This document shows, one piece after another, positions 51,877-62,525 of a stretch of 64,000 nt of DNA. The translations under genes were made by a program, and so were the position numbers. The DNA is from Setoptus koraiensis (Eukaryota > Animalia > Arthropoda): NCBI GenBank assembly GCA_048013815.1, contig CM106586.1, positions 21,700,001 to 21,764,000 of the forward strand, given 5' to 3'. The notes under the pieces are model-generated. The model did no database searches. It was given only the letters and a program-made list of their open reading frames with translations, and was not told the DNA's origin. The number at the start of each line of letters is the position of its first letter. The first letter of the stretch is position 1.

Positions 51877-54633
51877 ATGGTGAAGCCAGCAGCCAACAAA
51901 TTCGGCCCCAACGCCGGCCAAAAGACGGGCCAGGGGCCCAGCAAGTCGAAGGCCAGTTGCAAGCACATACCGCATAGTCTAAAGTGAGTACAGTCACCAA
52001 TCGCGTTGCCTATATCGCGTATATTCTTCCCAAACTGCAACTAACTGACCCTGATTTGACTTTTGATTATTATCGCGATTATTCAACTATTTTCTATTTC
52101 AATTTCCTCTGTTCTGTTCCCATTGACGCTTGATATCTGTCGCTCACTCAGACCGCCCCATCTCGTGGCGAAGCGAAACGCTCGCGAAAGGCGCCGAGTT
52201 CAGGCGGTCAACGAAGCCTTTGCCAGGCTGAGAAAGCACGTTCCGCTAGAGAATAGAAACAAGCGAGTATCAAAAGTGAAAACGTTACATCATGCCATAA
52301 AACATATAAAATATTTAGAGGAAATTCTTGCAGACGATGACATCAAACACAATAGAGAGCCCACATTTCCCATATTTGCGAATTACATAAACGACCCCGA
52401 TGACACTAATGATTTGATGATCAAGTCTGTGTCATCGTCGTTCAATTTGATCAGCGACGACGACGACGACGACGACCGCGACCATCTAGACGACTCAGGC
52501 CAGTCGAAAGAGGCGCTCGTGTTGAGAGCGGCCGTTGAGGGTTTCGTGGGCGATGAAAACAATCAAGTGGCTTACAATCGGGGTGACACTCACAGAGACG
52601 ATCTCACAATTGACAGCAGCAACAGTGTTGAAACTTCAACTGCAACTGCGACCAACAACAACAACAGCAACAACAACAACAACAGCAACGTTGGCAAGCC
52701 AGCAAACAATCGAATGAAACAAACAACAACCACCAGCAATGTGATACCGCAACCACTGCAACTAAAGCAAGCGCAATGTGATACCGTAAGTTGTTTGGGT
52801 GTTGTTGCCACAAACACTAGCCAACAGCGACTTGCAGCAACAACGCAAACACGAAAAACACGAGCTAAAACTGCACGTGCTGTCACTGCCCAAAAGAGAC
52901 AGGCGAAAAAAGCTCTCATTGGTCACACCGGAAACAGCCTGGCGACCACATCGGCACCGACCCTTTTCGGCGATGACCAGGCAATATCCACAACAACAAC
53001 AACAACAACAACAACGACAACAGCAACAGCAACAATGACCAAAGCAAACAAAACAAAAACAAACAAACAACAAACGCGAGCAGCCACTCAAATGAATAAT
53101 CAATTAGCGAAAAGCAAGCGAGTTGTGGGTGCAACGGTTAATAAGTTGCGCCCACTGTCGCCCGTCTTGACCAAACTCAACAGCAACAGCAACAACAACA
53201 ACAACAGTTTTGACGGCGTGTGTCAGATGCCTGTGATCAGCAATGATTATCATTACAACAATCATTTGTTTTCAAACGAGCACAACAGTGTCAACAACGC
53301 CGGTCAGCTGGACTGCCACTCTGACACGGTTTGTGTCTTGAAGGAACTCAACGGCCATCAGCCCGTTGCTGTGGGCGCCAACGCGAACAATTTCATTCAC
53401 TATTTAGACAGCCAGCATTTACACAATCAACAACAATACAACTATTCACCTGTTTGCAACAGCAACAGCAACAACAACAGCAGCAACAACAGCAGCAACA
53501 ACAGCAACAACAACAACGCAGTGGACACACGGCCTCACCATCATGCACACAATCAGCACAATGAGGCGCCCGCAAGCGCAACATACAACAACGACAACAA
53601 CAACTACTACCACCAGCTTGACAATAGTCAGCATCAGCTGATCATGGAACCGCCGACAATCCAACAACAACAACAACAATATAGACAATACCAGAGTAAC
53701 AGCGGGGGCGGCAGTGAGTTTGTTTTGGTGGGCCCAACAGACAGCAGCAGCTCGCCAGCAACCATGACAACAAGTGCAATTGTTTCCCCTGTCCAGTCAA
53801 CAACAGCAGCAACAGCAACAACAATGTCAGCGGGCATGCTCACTGGCAACTGTCAGCCGAGTGTCAACAACCTGTCAACCGTGAGCAGCCCTCAAAAGCA
53901 GCACAACAACGATTACGGCGGCCAGCAGCAGCAGCATCAAGCGATCGCTGTCCAGTACAGACAGTCCGACGAGCCGCACCAGATAAACCACCAATCAGCG
54001 CCGGCAGCGACAAATCAGCAGCAGCGGCAGCAGCAACAGACAGCGACAAGTGACAGCAGCAACGATCTGACACATCAAAACCAAAATCAAAACCAAAATC
54101 AGCTGATCAGCGAGCACCAAGACAGTCGGCGGCAGCGGGCAGCCAGCACGGCAGCAACATCGCTAATTAACCAGTATCAGCAGTACCATCATCACCATGG
54201 CTACCATGACAGCGCCACATTTGCGAGCGGCCACAACTACCAGCATCATCAGCATCAATTGTATAATGAGCAGCAATACACAGCTAATCAACAACAACAG
54301 CAACAACAACAACAACAACAACAACAGGCGCCAGCAACAGATAGCAATCAATTGCCGCCGATTGGCCACCACAACAACCATCACCCAATAAACAATGGGG
54401 CCAACAACAACAGCGAGTATCAGCCAAACATACACATGAAAGCGCACCACCATCAGCACCACCAGCACCACAACCTGCATCATGAAATCATCCAACAATT
54501 TGGCTCGCCGCAGCCAGGCCAGCCTCACCTGTCGGCCTGCGAAACAATGCAGCACCATCATCAGCAGCATTTACCTGTCGCCAATGCCGGCATGCATCAT
54601 CAGCAGCAATTAATTAGCTATCATCATTTGTGA
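51877..54633 (+). CDS. ASCL: Second achaete-scute-family bHLH protein (divergent, ASCb-like); exons 51877-51983 and 52152-54633, ~862 aa; true N-terminus may extend further upstream
   Basis: Splicing GTGAGT (51984) to ACTCAG (52151) joins KHIPHSLK to PPHLVAKRNARERRRVQAVNEAFARLRKHVPLENRNKRVSKVKTLHHAIKHIKYLEEIL, an ASC-family bHLH. Exon 2 is one 2.48 kb open frame rich in N/Q/T/H. AATAAA at 54741. ATG 51877 is the first in-frame ATG after the stop at 51700. Confidence 0.9.
51984..52151 (+). other. 168-nt spliceosomal intron of the second ASC gene
   Basis: GTGAGT donor, CTAAC/CTGAC branch-like motif at ~52040-52050, pyrimidine-rich tract, CAG acceptor. The phase-2 junction rebuilds AAA (Lys) and keeps the frame. 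Confidence 0.88.
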
Positions 54634-54740
54634 GCCTGTTGTTATGCAACGAGTCGCACCATTGGCATTCGATTATTATTACACAATTATTATTATCATG
54701 AATCGAGTCGAGTTAGCGTGCATCAGCAAGCAGCAAGCAA

Positions 54741-54746
54741 AATAAA
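54741..54746 (+). terminator. Polyadenylation signal of the second ASC gene
   Basis: AATAAA 108 nt after the stop codon, followed by a T-run. Confidence 0.6.
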
Positions 54747-55209
54747 TATTTTTTTAAATCCACAAATTGCTCGGCAAATAAACAGTTGAGTAAATTTGCT
54801 GATGGCACAACCACAACTAGTTATTCTCATCTTTGTTTCCATTTCGCTCAAGCTTGCATCGATTTCCTATCGCCATTTGCTCGTGTGCCGGTTGCCACCG
54901 ACCAGCCACCAACCCCTTCTTTTCTGAAAAATGAAAAGTTTTTCCGACGAAAAAACTCACTGATTTTGTTCATTGAACTAGGTGCTGAACCGACATCGCT
55001 TATAGTGTTTTGGTCTGCCTTGTTTTCATCTCCTATGTCGTCTCTTGCATTGGATCAGGTCTAAATAGAGATTAAATCTGCTTGCTGATAGCTCAGAAAA
55101 CGAAGTAATGCTAATAGTAAAGTAAAACTTGCTCAGGTGATGCAAATGAAAAGCTGCCCTCGATGAGGAGAATTCTTTTCCGAAAGATGAAGAGATGCCC
55201 GCATTAGAA

Positions 55210-56125
55210 CAAGCGCACACAAACAGTTCAATCATGACTTGTGAGTCAAACAACAAGTCAACAAGTCGAAATCCAGTTGTTCGGCCTCAAATACTAGTAT
55301 TGATCTTGATTAATAATATAAAAAGCGTCACTAATTCACCTGATTTGACAGTCTGTCTAACGCTTGGCGCCGCCACGGGCCCATCTTGTGAAAGAAACGA
55401 ATGGCTCGCGAAAACGCTTCATTTCAGGCGATCCGCGAGGCCTTTGTCAGGTTGGGCCGAGTACGAGCAAAAGCACGTGCCGTTCGAGAACGAACACACC
55501 CAATTGAACACACAAATTGAACATATCTCAAATATAAAATATTTATAGGAGATTCTCGCACACGATGATACTATAACTAGACTATATTGCAATTGGACTA
55601 CTTTTGCCAGATTTGCCAAATATCGCCAAGTAATCGCCAAGTTTTATTTAGAGGTTAATCTGCAATGACGAGCACCGGCACCAAGACGACGGCAGCCCGA
55701 TGACGGCCCGACGACATTACAACTACCAGCATGTCAGTAATGATCAGCTGATGGAGGCAACATCAATCTAGATACACCAATCAAGTGAGCTAGTATCGAC
55801 ACGACCAACATGACGCCGACCACCGCTACCTGTTGCTACAACAACAACAACAACAACAACCACCAGCATCAGCATTCATTTCAAATATATACGATAAACA
55901 ACAACATACGGCGACAGCAACAGCTGAGCAGCAACAACGACTATCAGTAATTGGATCAGTGCAAGTATCAACCAGTATCGTTTTAGCCAGCCTAAACAAT
56001 GCAACAGGTCAGCGCCACCATCAGCATTTACCTGTTGCGGGTGGCGCCACTTCAGGCATGCATATCATCAGCAGCAATTAATTAGTCGATATTAATCTCC
56101 TGTGATCAGCCTATTATGCAACAAC
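55210..56125 (+). pseudogene. Degenerate tandem duplicate of the second ASC-family gene
   Basis: Collinear homology to the parent: exon-1 remnant AAGTCGAAATCCAGTTG (parent AAGTCGAAGGCCAGTTG); intron remnant CCTGATTTGAC; frameshifted bHLH (HLV...ARE...QAIREAFVRL, KHVPFEN, IKYL*EILAHDD) with TAG at 55546 replacing Glu; C-terminal CAGCATTTACCTGT...GGCATGCAT..CATCAGCAGCAATTAATTAG. Large internal deletions relative to the parent. Confidence 0.9.
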
Positions 56126-56222
56126 AGTTATAACAACAGGTATGCAGCAATGATGGACAGAGTAATAGCTCACAACGGTAGCCTCAGCAACTATTATAGG
56201 TATGGGTGAAGAAAGGATTGAG

Positions 56223-56250
56223 GTGGCGCCATCTGCGCTTCTAGCGGCGA
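56223..56250 (-). promoter_or_regulatory. CTCF-like motif(s)
   Basis: Minus strand reads CGCCGCTAGAAGCGCAGATGGCGCCAC and contains the same 13-mer CAGATGGCGCCAC as 21117-21129. Confidence 0.45.
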
Positions 56251-56949
56251 AACCATTTTTGATTCAACTTATTTTCAACACACAGTCTCAATTGTAACGA
56301 CAATGGACAACAAATGTACAATTTTATACAAATTGTATTGTGGTCGCCGGCGACAATGAATCACCGCATTTGTATTGTGGACAAATTTGCATTCATTTGT
56401 GCAATATATAAATGACAACAAGTCCTCCATTTACATGAATCGAACGCATTGAATCTCTTGTTTTGTTGATCAGACAAAATTCGTGTTATCCGTTTATTTA
56501 TCCGTCCGTTTATTCGCTCAATTGACAATGAAGAGCAAGCACGAGCGCCATAGAGGCCTCACTGAACTGGCGTGAACTTTGTGGTCGAATCTCAATTGTT
56601 TGTGGCCGATCTACAAGCAAACAAACAATTGTTCATGTTGTGCATAGCAGCAATTGATTAATTGTAACATGAAATTAATCGATTTTCGCCACTGGCATTG
56701 TTGTCTGTTTCATTGAACGCTAGTTGCACGGTGATCTATTGGAGTTGAGGTCACTTTCGCCCACTCGAAAAGGTAAATTTGTTGTAAATTTTGTTTCAGC
56801 GCGTGACAATTGCGCCGACCAACAACAAAGAAAAGGACAGACTCAGCGAACAAGATGGGCTTCCGAAAGAAGTTGAGTGGCGCCCCAAAGAAGTTGCAGA
56901 TCGAGCACGAGTGGCGACAAATAAAGAGGTGACAGTGTGAAATATGATG

Positions 56950-58440
56950 TTATGCTTGAACAATTCTAACAACTATCATTGATTGTCTGAAGTGAATCGG
57001 AATATCCATTGATTAACACCATTGTCGACAAGCTCGAACTGAAACACAAATAAATGTTGTTTGTCGCTATCTAAAACAACAATTGTGATTGTGAATATGC
57101 GTGAAATTTCCAGCACAATAACACGTCTGCCAAACAACTGACCAAGCCAACCTAAAACAACTCCAACATGCCTCAAACGGTGAGCGAGACACACATGTAA
57201 ATAACGGATACACAAAATACACACAAATCTGATCCATCATTCGAGCGGTGATTTTTCAACAACTGTCGGAATGAGCGCAAAGAGAATGGAAAAGACAATT
57301 CTTTGTGCAAATCAACTCTTCACCTCTCCAAATGCTCAAACAAGTTGAGAGGCGACACAGAGTGTCGCGTCGGCTGCCATCGTCTGTGGCCGTGTCCCAT
57401 TTGATTGCTATCGGTTCGTTTAGTGTCACCTCAGGAATCAATTTGTATCAATTTGGATCAATTCGGAGCAATTTGAGCAATTTCTCTGCAAATGCGACAA
57501 GATTCAGCCCAGCGAAATGCATTATTGTAGCCCGCAGCTAAAGGTGGCGAAAAAAGAAATAACTGTCACGTTCCATGATCGCTCTGCTGCTGATTGATAT
57601 GTCAAGCAGCATCAGTGGACAGTGGACAGTGGTGTGACCTCATTACAGATTAAGTGTGTTGTTCGGAAAAAACGACCAATTGATCTGGTGATTTTAGAGT
57701 TGATTTGTGCCCAATCGATTAGAATCAATTAGGTGTAGATTAGACGTAAATGAGACGAGGCGAAAAGCTGAAGAATAAAGAAAAATTTGACCGAGCGTTC
57801 ATTTTCGCCATCGGCATACATTGTTGGCCGCCATCGATCTCTTCAGGGATCCTTCTTCTAGCAAGCGGCTGAAATTATAAAAAAAGAAATTGGTGACTGG
57901 CGTAATATCCTCGAAAATACTAATTGGATTAGTCATTTAAACTTGATCTGAATCTTAATGATTCTGATCCTTCAAATGTCGATGGTAATTATAATTGCTT
58001 GCCAGGCGCATCATACTATTTATCGTACAGTTCGGCTCACCATTTATCTGGCGGCCATTAACATCAAGGATATAGACTGAAAAATTGTAACAATGATCAT
58101 TGTGTTTGTTATTTCTTCGAATATCATTGCACAGTTGTAATCATGAAGCGAGCCAATTTTCATCACAAATAATGATGGTCACAATGATCAATTAGCATTT
58201 AAAACCAAAATAGAATTAAGAAAACAGATCACGATCAACCTAAAACAAACAAACAAATGAAGAGAGTGCCAGCTAGACACACTTGGGTGCAATCAGCCGA
58301 AGAGATCTCTTTGTGTTTGGGACCAACGACAAGCCGGTATCACGACTCGGCTGGTCGTTATCCATTCTTTTCCATTTATAATTTGCTGGATGGAATAAGA
58401 TCACGAATTTACTCAGGACAATTGTCGAGTCACACTGGAT
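56950..58440 (-). other. AT-richer block with a chain of minus-strand splice signals; possible unannotated multi-exon gene or lncRNA
   Basis: Polypyrimidine+AG acceptors at ~58240, 58077, 57869, 57768, 57539 and 57263, and donor-like GTGAGC (58040) and GTATGC (57820). No single convincing ORF could be built. Confidence 0.3.
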
Positions 58441-58447
58441 GGATTTA

Positions 58448-58520
58448 TACATAAAATGAAATCATTTCATTTTATGAAATAATTTCCTTTTCATAAAATG
58501 AAATGATTCCATTTTATGTA
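58448..58520. repeat. Nested palindrome / fold-back element with 32-bp arms (1 mismatch) and 9-nt loop
   Basis: TACATAAAATGAAATCATTTCATTTTATGAAA-taatttcct-TTTCATAAAATGAAATGATTCCATTTTATGTA; each arm is itself palindromic. Confidence 0.92.
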
Positions 58521-60453
58521 CTCCAGTCACTGACGAAACGAGCGGTCTGGCGCGTACGACCAGACAGTTTCGACGATAATTTTATTTGCTTGAAAAAAAA
58601 ACGGAAAAATTGCCCGCGTGAATATTCAAATTGAGTTTCGAATGAGTTCGCTTCGAATTGAATGGATTGCCGGCACGTTGAATTTGGGTTGTTTGTGGAC
58701 CCTTCCGAAGGACATTGTGTGTCGGCCGACACAGAATGTCACAGATGACAGATAAGTGATCAGCCGTTATTAGATTGTAAGAAATTTGTTCTCTGTGTGT
58801 TGGCAGTGTTTATCGGAATGCCATTTGCGCGAAACTGACGGCCTCGATCAGCTAATTTATTATGACTCTCTAACCTGTTGATGAGGGTCGAATCGATAAT
58901 GAACTTTTCGATAGAGCGCGCCGTCCGACTATCAGAAAGCGAAATCTGTGCAACGGTCATAGTGGTTTACCACTAGCACACCACCAATGGTCATCTTCAT
59001 TTATACTCGTTTACACAGTGTGTGTGTGTGTTGTGACTGGAATTGATCGTTAATTGTCTTTATTGTCTTAATTGGCGTCGTGGGTTGACGGGCACAGCGA
59101 CAGCTATTCGCGCAGTTGGCCAGACGGCATTGGCATTGTTTTGCAGCGACGCAGCCCGCTCGCTTTGACGCGGCCCAACAACAGGTAAGATTTCTCTGTA
59201 ATTTGTTTTTCTGTTGTTTTTCTGCTGTTTTTCGGCCGGTTTTTCATGCAAGAGCGTGTCGGAAAATCGCGTCAAATATCGCCGAAACTGCACTGATTGT
59301 GCTTGTGGTAGCTCACTACACGAGCGAGCCAGAGAGAGAATTCGGCTGGCTCCACAGTGAGCCGAATGGTGCACAATGGCTCGCTGTTCGCCAGGTAACG
59401 TCGACCAGGTAAGCGGTCGAGTGCGCATATAAATTATTTCGCGCCCTTGGGCCACGTCGTGACCACAAAGAGAGCACGCGTTGTCTCTGTCGCCGCCGGT
59501 TCGTTGGTGCGCTGCTAACGAACCCGCCGACCGACCGTCAGAAGCCGGCGAATTCTTCTTGTTTGTCGATATTCCGACATGCGTCGCTCCGACGAAACAC
59601 AACGCCCCGGCGCGGAATTACCTGTGCGGCACAGGTATAACAGTATTCTCGAGCAGGCCGTCGCAAACAAAACGGTGCAACGAACAGAGTGCAACGGGCA
59701 ACCGATTCGGCCATTGTCTCCATTGTGCCGGCTGCCGTTTCGCCGTGAAATTCGCACTGGGCCAGTGCCAGTGGATACGTTGGCGAAATAAGCGACTGGG
59801 TAAATCACAGCACTATTATGCAATCGATCGGGCAGCGGTCAGCAGACTGACGGTGAGACTGGTAGCTACTAATTGATAGATTAAGAATTAATAGATTGCT
59901 CGCTGTGCCGCGAACAAAGAGCGTCTGATATTTTTCTGAGCGGATTTTAATTTTTCATATTAATTTTCTGGCCGCCGCGCTCACTTTTGGCTGGCTGTGC
60001 CTGTTGCGCGGTGCACGAGTGTCGCAAAAGGCACAAAGTTGCCTCGCAAAAAGTTGCGACGCCAATTTGCGAGCGGCCGAGTCAGACGCAAAAGAATCCC
60101 TGACAAAGTGCCAGAGATTTATCTCAATGAAGGCTCGCTCCGACAAAGGCAAACTTGCCCACAATGGACAGCCGAGGATCGGGGGAAATTTGAAAAAAGT
60201 TGAAATGATGATACGCGGCGATCATGCGAGATCATTAGTGTGGCGACTGGCGACCGAATAGCACTGCAGCGAGCCACTAATGAGCACTAATGAACACGAC
60301 GACCCAAACGACAAGTAATTTTGGCAATTTCGGCCCATTTCGAGCCATTCCGAGCCACGCAGGAGACGCGCAAATAAGTAGCACCCAGTGGCCGCTACCT
60401 GGCGAAAAGGGTAATGTAAACAATCTAATGATGGGTGCTTGTTTGTATCATTA

Positions 60454-60515
60454 GCTCGTTTGTATCGCTGGCTCGTTTGTATCGCTGGCTCGTTTGTATC
60501 GCTGGCTTGTTTGTA
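60454..60515. repeat. 17-bp tandem repeat GCTCGTTTGTATCGCTG x3.5
   Basis: Read directly from the sequence. Confidence 0.9.
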
Positions 60516-61924
60516 ATCATTAGCTGTAGACGGCAGCATCGGAATTGCTAACGAGACGCTCGTAGTAGATTAGTGAATAGTGCCGCCGCCGCCGCTATGC
60601 CGGCCCGACCGCCACCTATCGCCCGTTGGCGTCTGGCGTTTAGCTGCTGTTACTTGTCATTTAAAGTCACATTTTGTCAGTGTCCGAATAGGCAACAAAT
60701 GGCAACAAACTTACAAAATGGGGTGCACGCCAAACACAATTAATCATTCGCAACCTGTTGCGGTGCCGCCAGCGCCCCTAGGCCGTGTTGTGGCTGTGTC
60801 ATTGTTGCGGTGCGCCCCAAACTTTGAAAAAAGCCGGCTGTAATACACACTGGCCCACTGCGCCCTGTAACCCTTTGTCCGACAAAGTTTGTCGCAACTT
60901 TGGCGCGTTCCCATTTCGCCCATTTGCAACGGCTCACCTCTTGCGCGCACCTTGTCATTATGCCTAATTAGACATTTGCCTCGAAATACGGACTCTATAA
61001 TGTCGCATTATTAATGCCGTGTCATTGTTGCCGTGTTATTAATACGCGCCCCTCAATCGAGTCGAGCGCCCAATTGCTGGGCTCAGTAACACTGTCACTG
61101 TCATAGACTCAGAGGGCATTATTTCGTGCGATTGTCATGGGGCGCTGAAAATGACAAGGTCGCAAATGCTGAGCTCGAATGGTAGAATTCTCAATATTTA
61201 TCGCATATTATCTCTACAATATAGGGCTTGTATTTCGCAGATCAAATCAAATGTTTCTGGGACGAGCAAATGAACGAGTTTGCGCGACCTCGGTCGCGAC
61301 CATTTCTGTCGTTCGATGTGCCCGTCGATGTTTCCGGTCCGCATTTTCGAGCTGTGTTAACCTTTGTTAGTGCGGCCTAAATCTACTCCGGCGACTGTAT
61401 TGGCAATCGGCTATACCTCACGTACCGGTATTACATAAAGGTTTTATGGCCAGCATAGTTGATCGTAATCAAAGAAAAGCAATAGACGTGGCAAGCGACC
61501 GATGGCAAGCATAAATTGGACGTCACGAGAGCGGGCCGAAATTTCGAAGCGAAATTGGGCGGGAGGAAGATTGGCAGTGAAAGAATTTGCAAAGGTTTCA
61601 ATTGGAACTTCCAATTTGGAAGGTTCTCGCTGGCAGCGAATATCTGGCAGCGAATATCTGGCAGATATTATACGATTAGAGCGCGGTGATACTGTTTATG
61701 TGTTTGTGCCAAGAGCGCCGATTGGCGCAAACTCTGCCGCTGTCCATTCCAGCGAAGCAACAACGACGACAACAGCAACAACAGCAACAACAAATCAATA
61801 ATCAATTATGTGGAGCAGTGCTCGCGAGCGGCGTCCAGGAACTCGAGAAACAATAAGCAACAACTGTTGCGTCGTTGCGCTAGAAATTGATACACACGAT
61901 CACGAGCGTTTCGAGCAGCCAATT

Positions 61925-62012
61925 GTTGTTGTTTTGTTTCAGTTGTTGTTGCTTCAGTTGTTGTTGTTTCGGTTGTTGTTGCTTCAGTTGTTGTTGTTTC
62001 AGTTGTTGCTGT
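61925..62012. repeat. 15-bp repeat (TTCAGTTGTTGTTG[T/C]) built on GTT triplets
   Basis: Read directly from the sequence; the minus strand could encode ETTTTEATTT or KQQQL repeats. Confidence 0.85.
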
Positions 62013-62465
62013 TGTTTGTTGGGCGCCTTCTGCTGGCAAGCGGCAACAACGGCACAACTGCAACAACTCATTTTCGCTGTTGCTTGTTTTATCCGTTTGG
62101 CCGTTCGTTGTGTGTATTGCGCACAACAACGTGACCATCGCAATGGGTCGGCTCCATTTGAAGTGAGCGGCTCCACTTTGCTGCCAACCGGGCTCGAGGC
62201 CGCGCTTCGATTCGCGGCCGAAGCGATGGGCGCAAATCGAAGCCCATTCAATTCGAAGCGAGCGAGCATGATTCATCATAATCATGTCATAATCAATTAA
62301 GCATGTGATAACTGCAAACAAGAGCGATCAAGAGCGAAGCGTCAACGATTTAAACACGGTAGGTGCTAATTTGACGGCTGCAACATGTGCATCGATATTC
62401 GGGCCGCCATTCAATTTGACGAGCACGGGCCGGCTACCTGTCCGTGGCCAGCGCCCAGCGACCAA

Positions 62466-62525
62466 GCGGCAACCGAACGGCGACCGAGCGGCGACCGAGC
62501 GGCGATCGAGCGGCAACCGAACGGC
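62466..62525. repeat. 11-bp tandem repeat CGGCGACCGAG, ~5 imperfect copies
   Basis: Read directly from the sequence. Confidence 0.85.

Noticed and set aside
52063-52151. Track start for the 856-aa ORF (MIIIAIIQLFSISISSVLFPL...), which looks like a signal peptide
   Set aside because: It is the T-rich 3' part of an intron; splicing restores the KHIPHSLKPPHLVA motif.
57285-57299. AATGGAAAAGACAAT resembling the Drosophila proneural box (AATGGAAGACAAT)
   Set aside because: Has a 2-nt insertion and lies 2.5 kb beyond the polyA signal, so it is not in a 3' UTR.
57862-57951. Plus-strand peptide WRNILENTNWISHLNLI resembling myotubularin
   Set aside because: Followed by a stop, no HCSDGWDRT catalytic motif nearby, and local splice signals favour the minus strand.
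61502-61801. IIRLERGDTVYVFVP resembling a C1q/TNF strand
   Set aside because: The other conserved strands are missing and the ORF contains an obvious micro-duplication.
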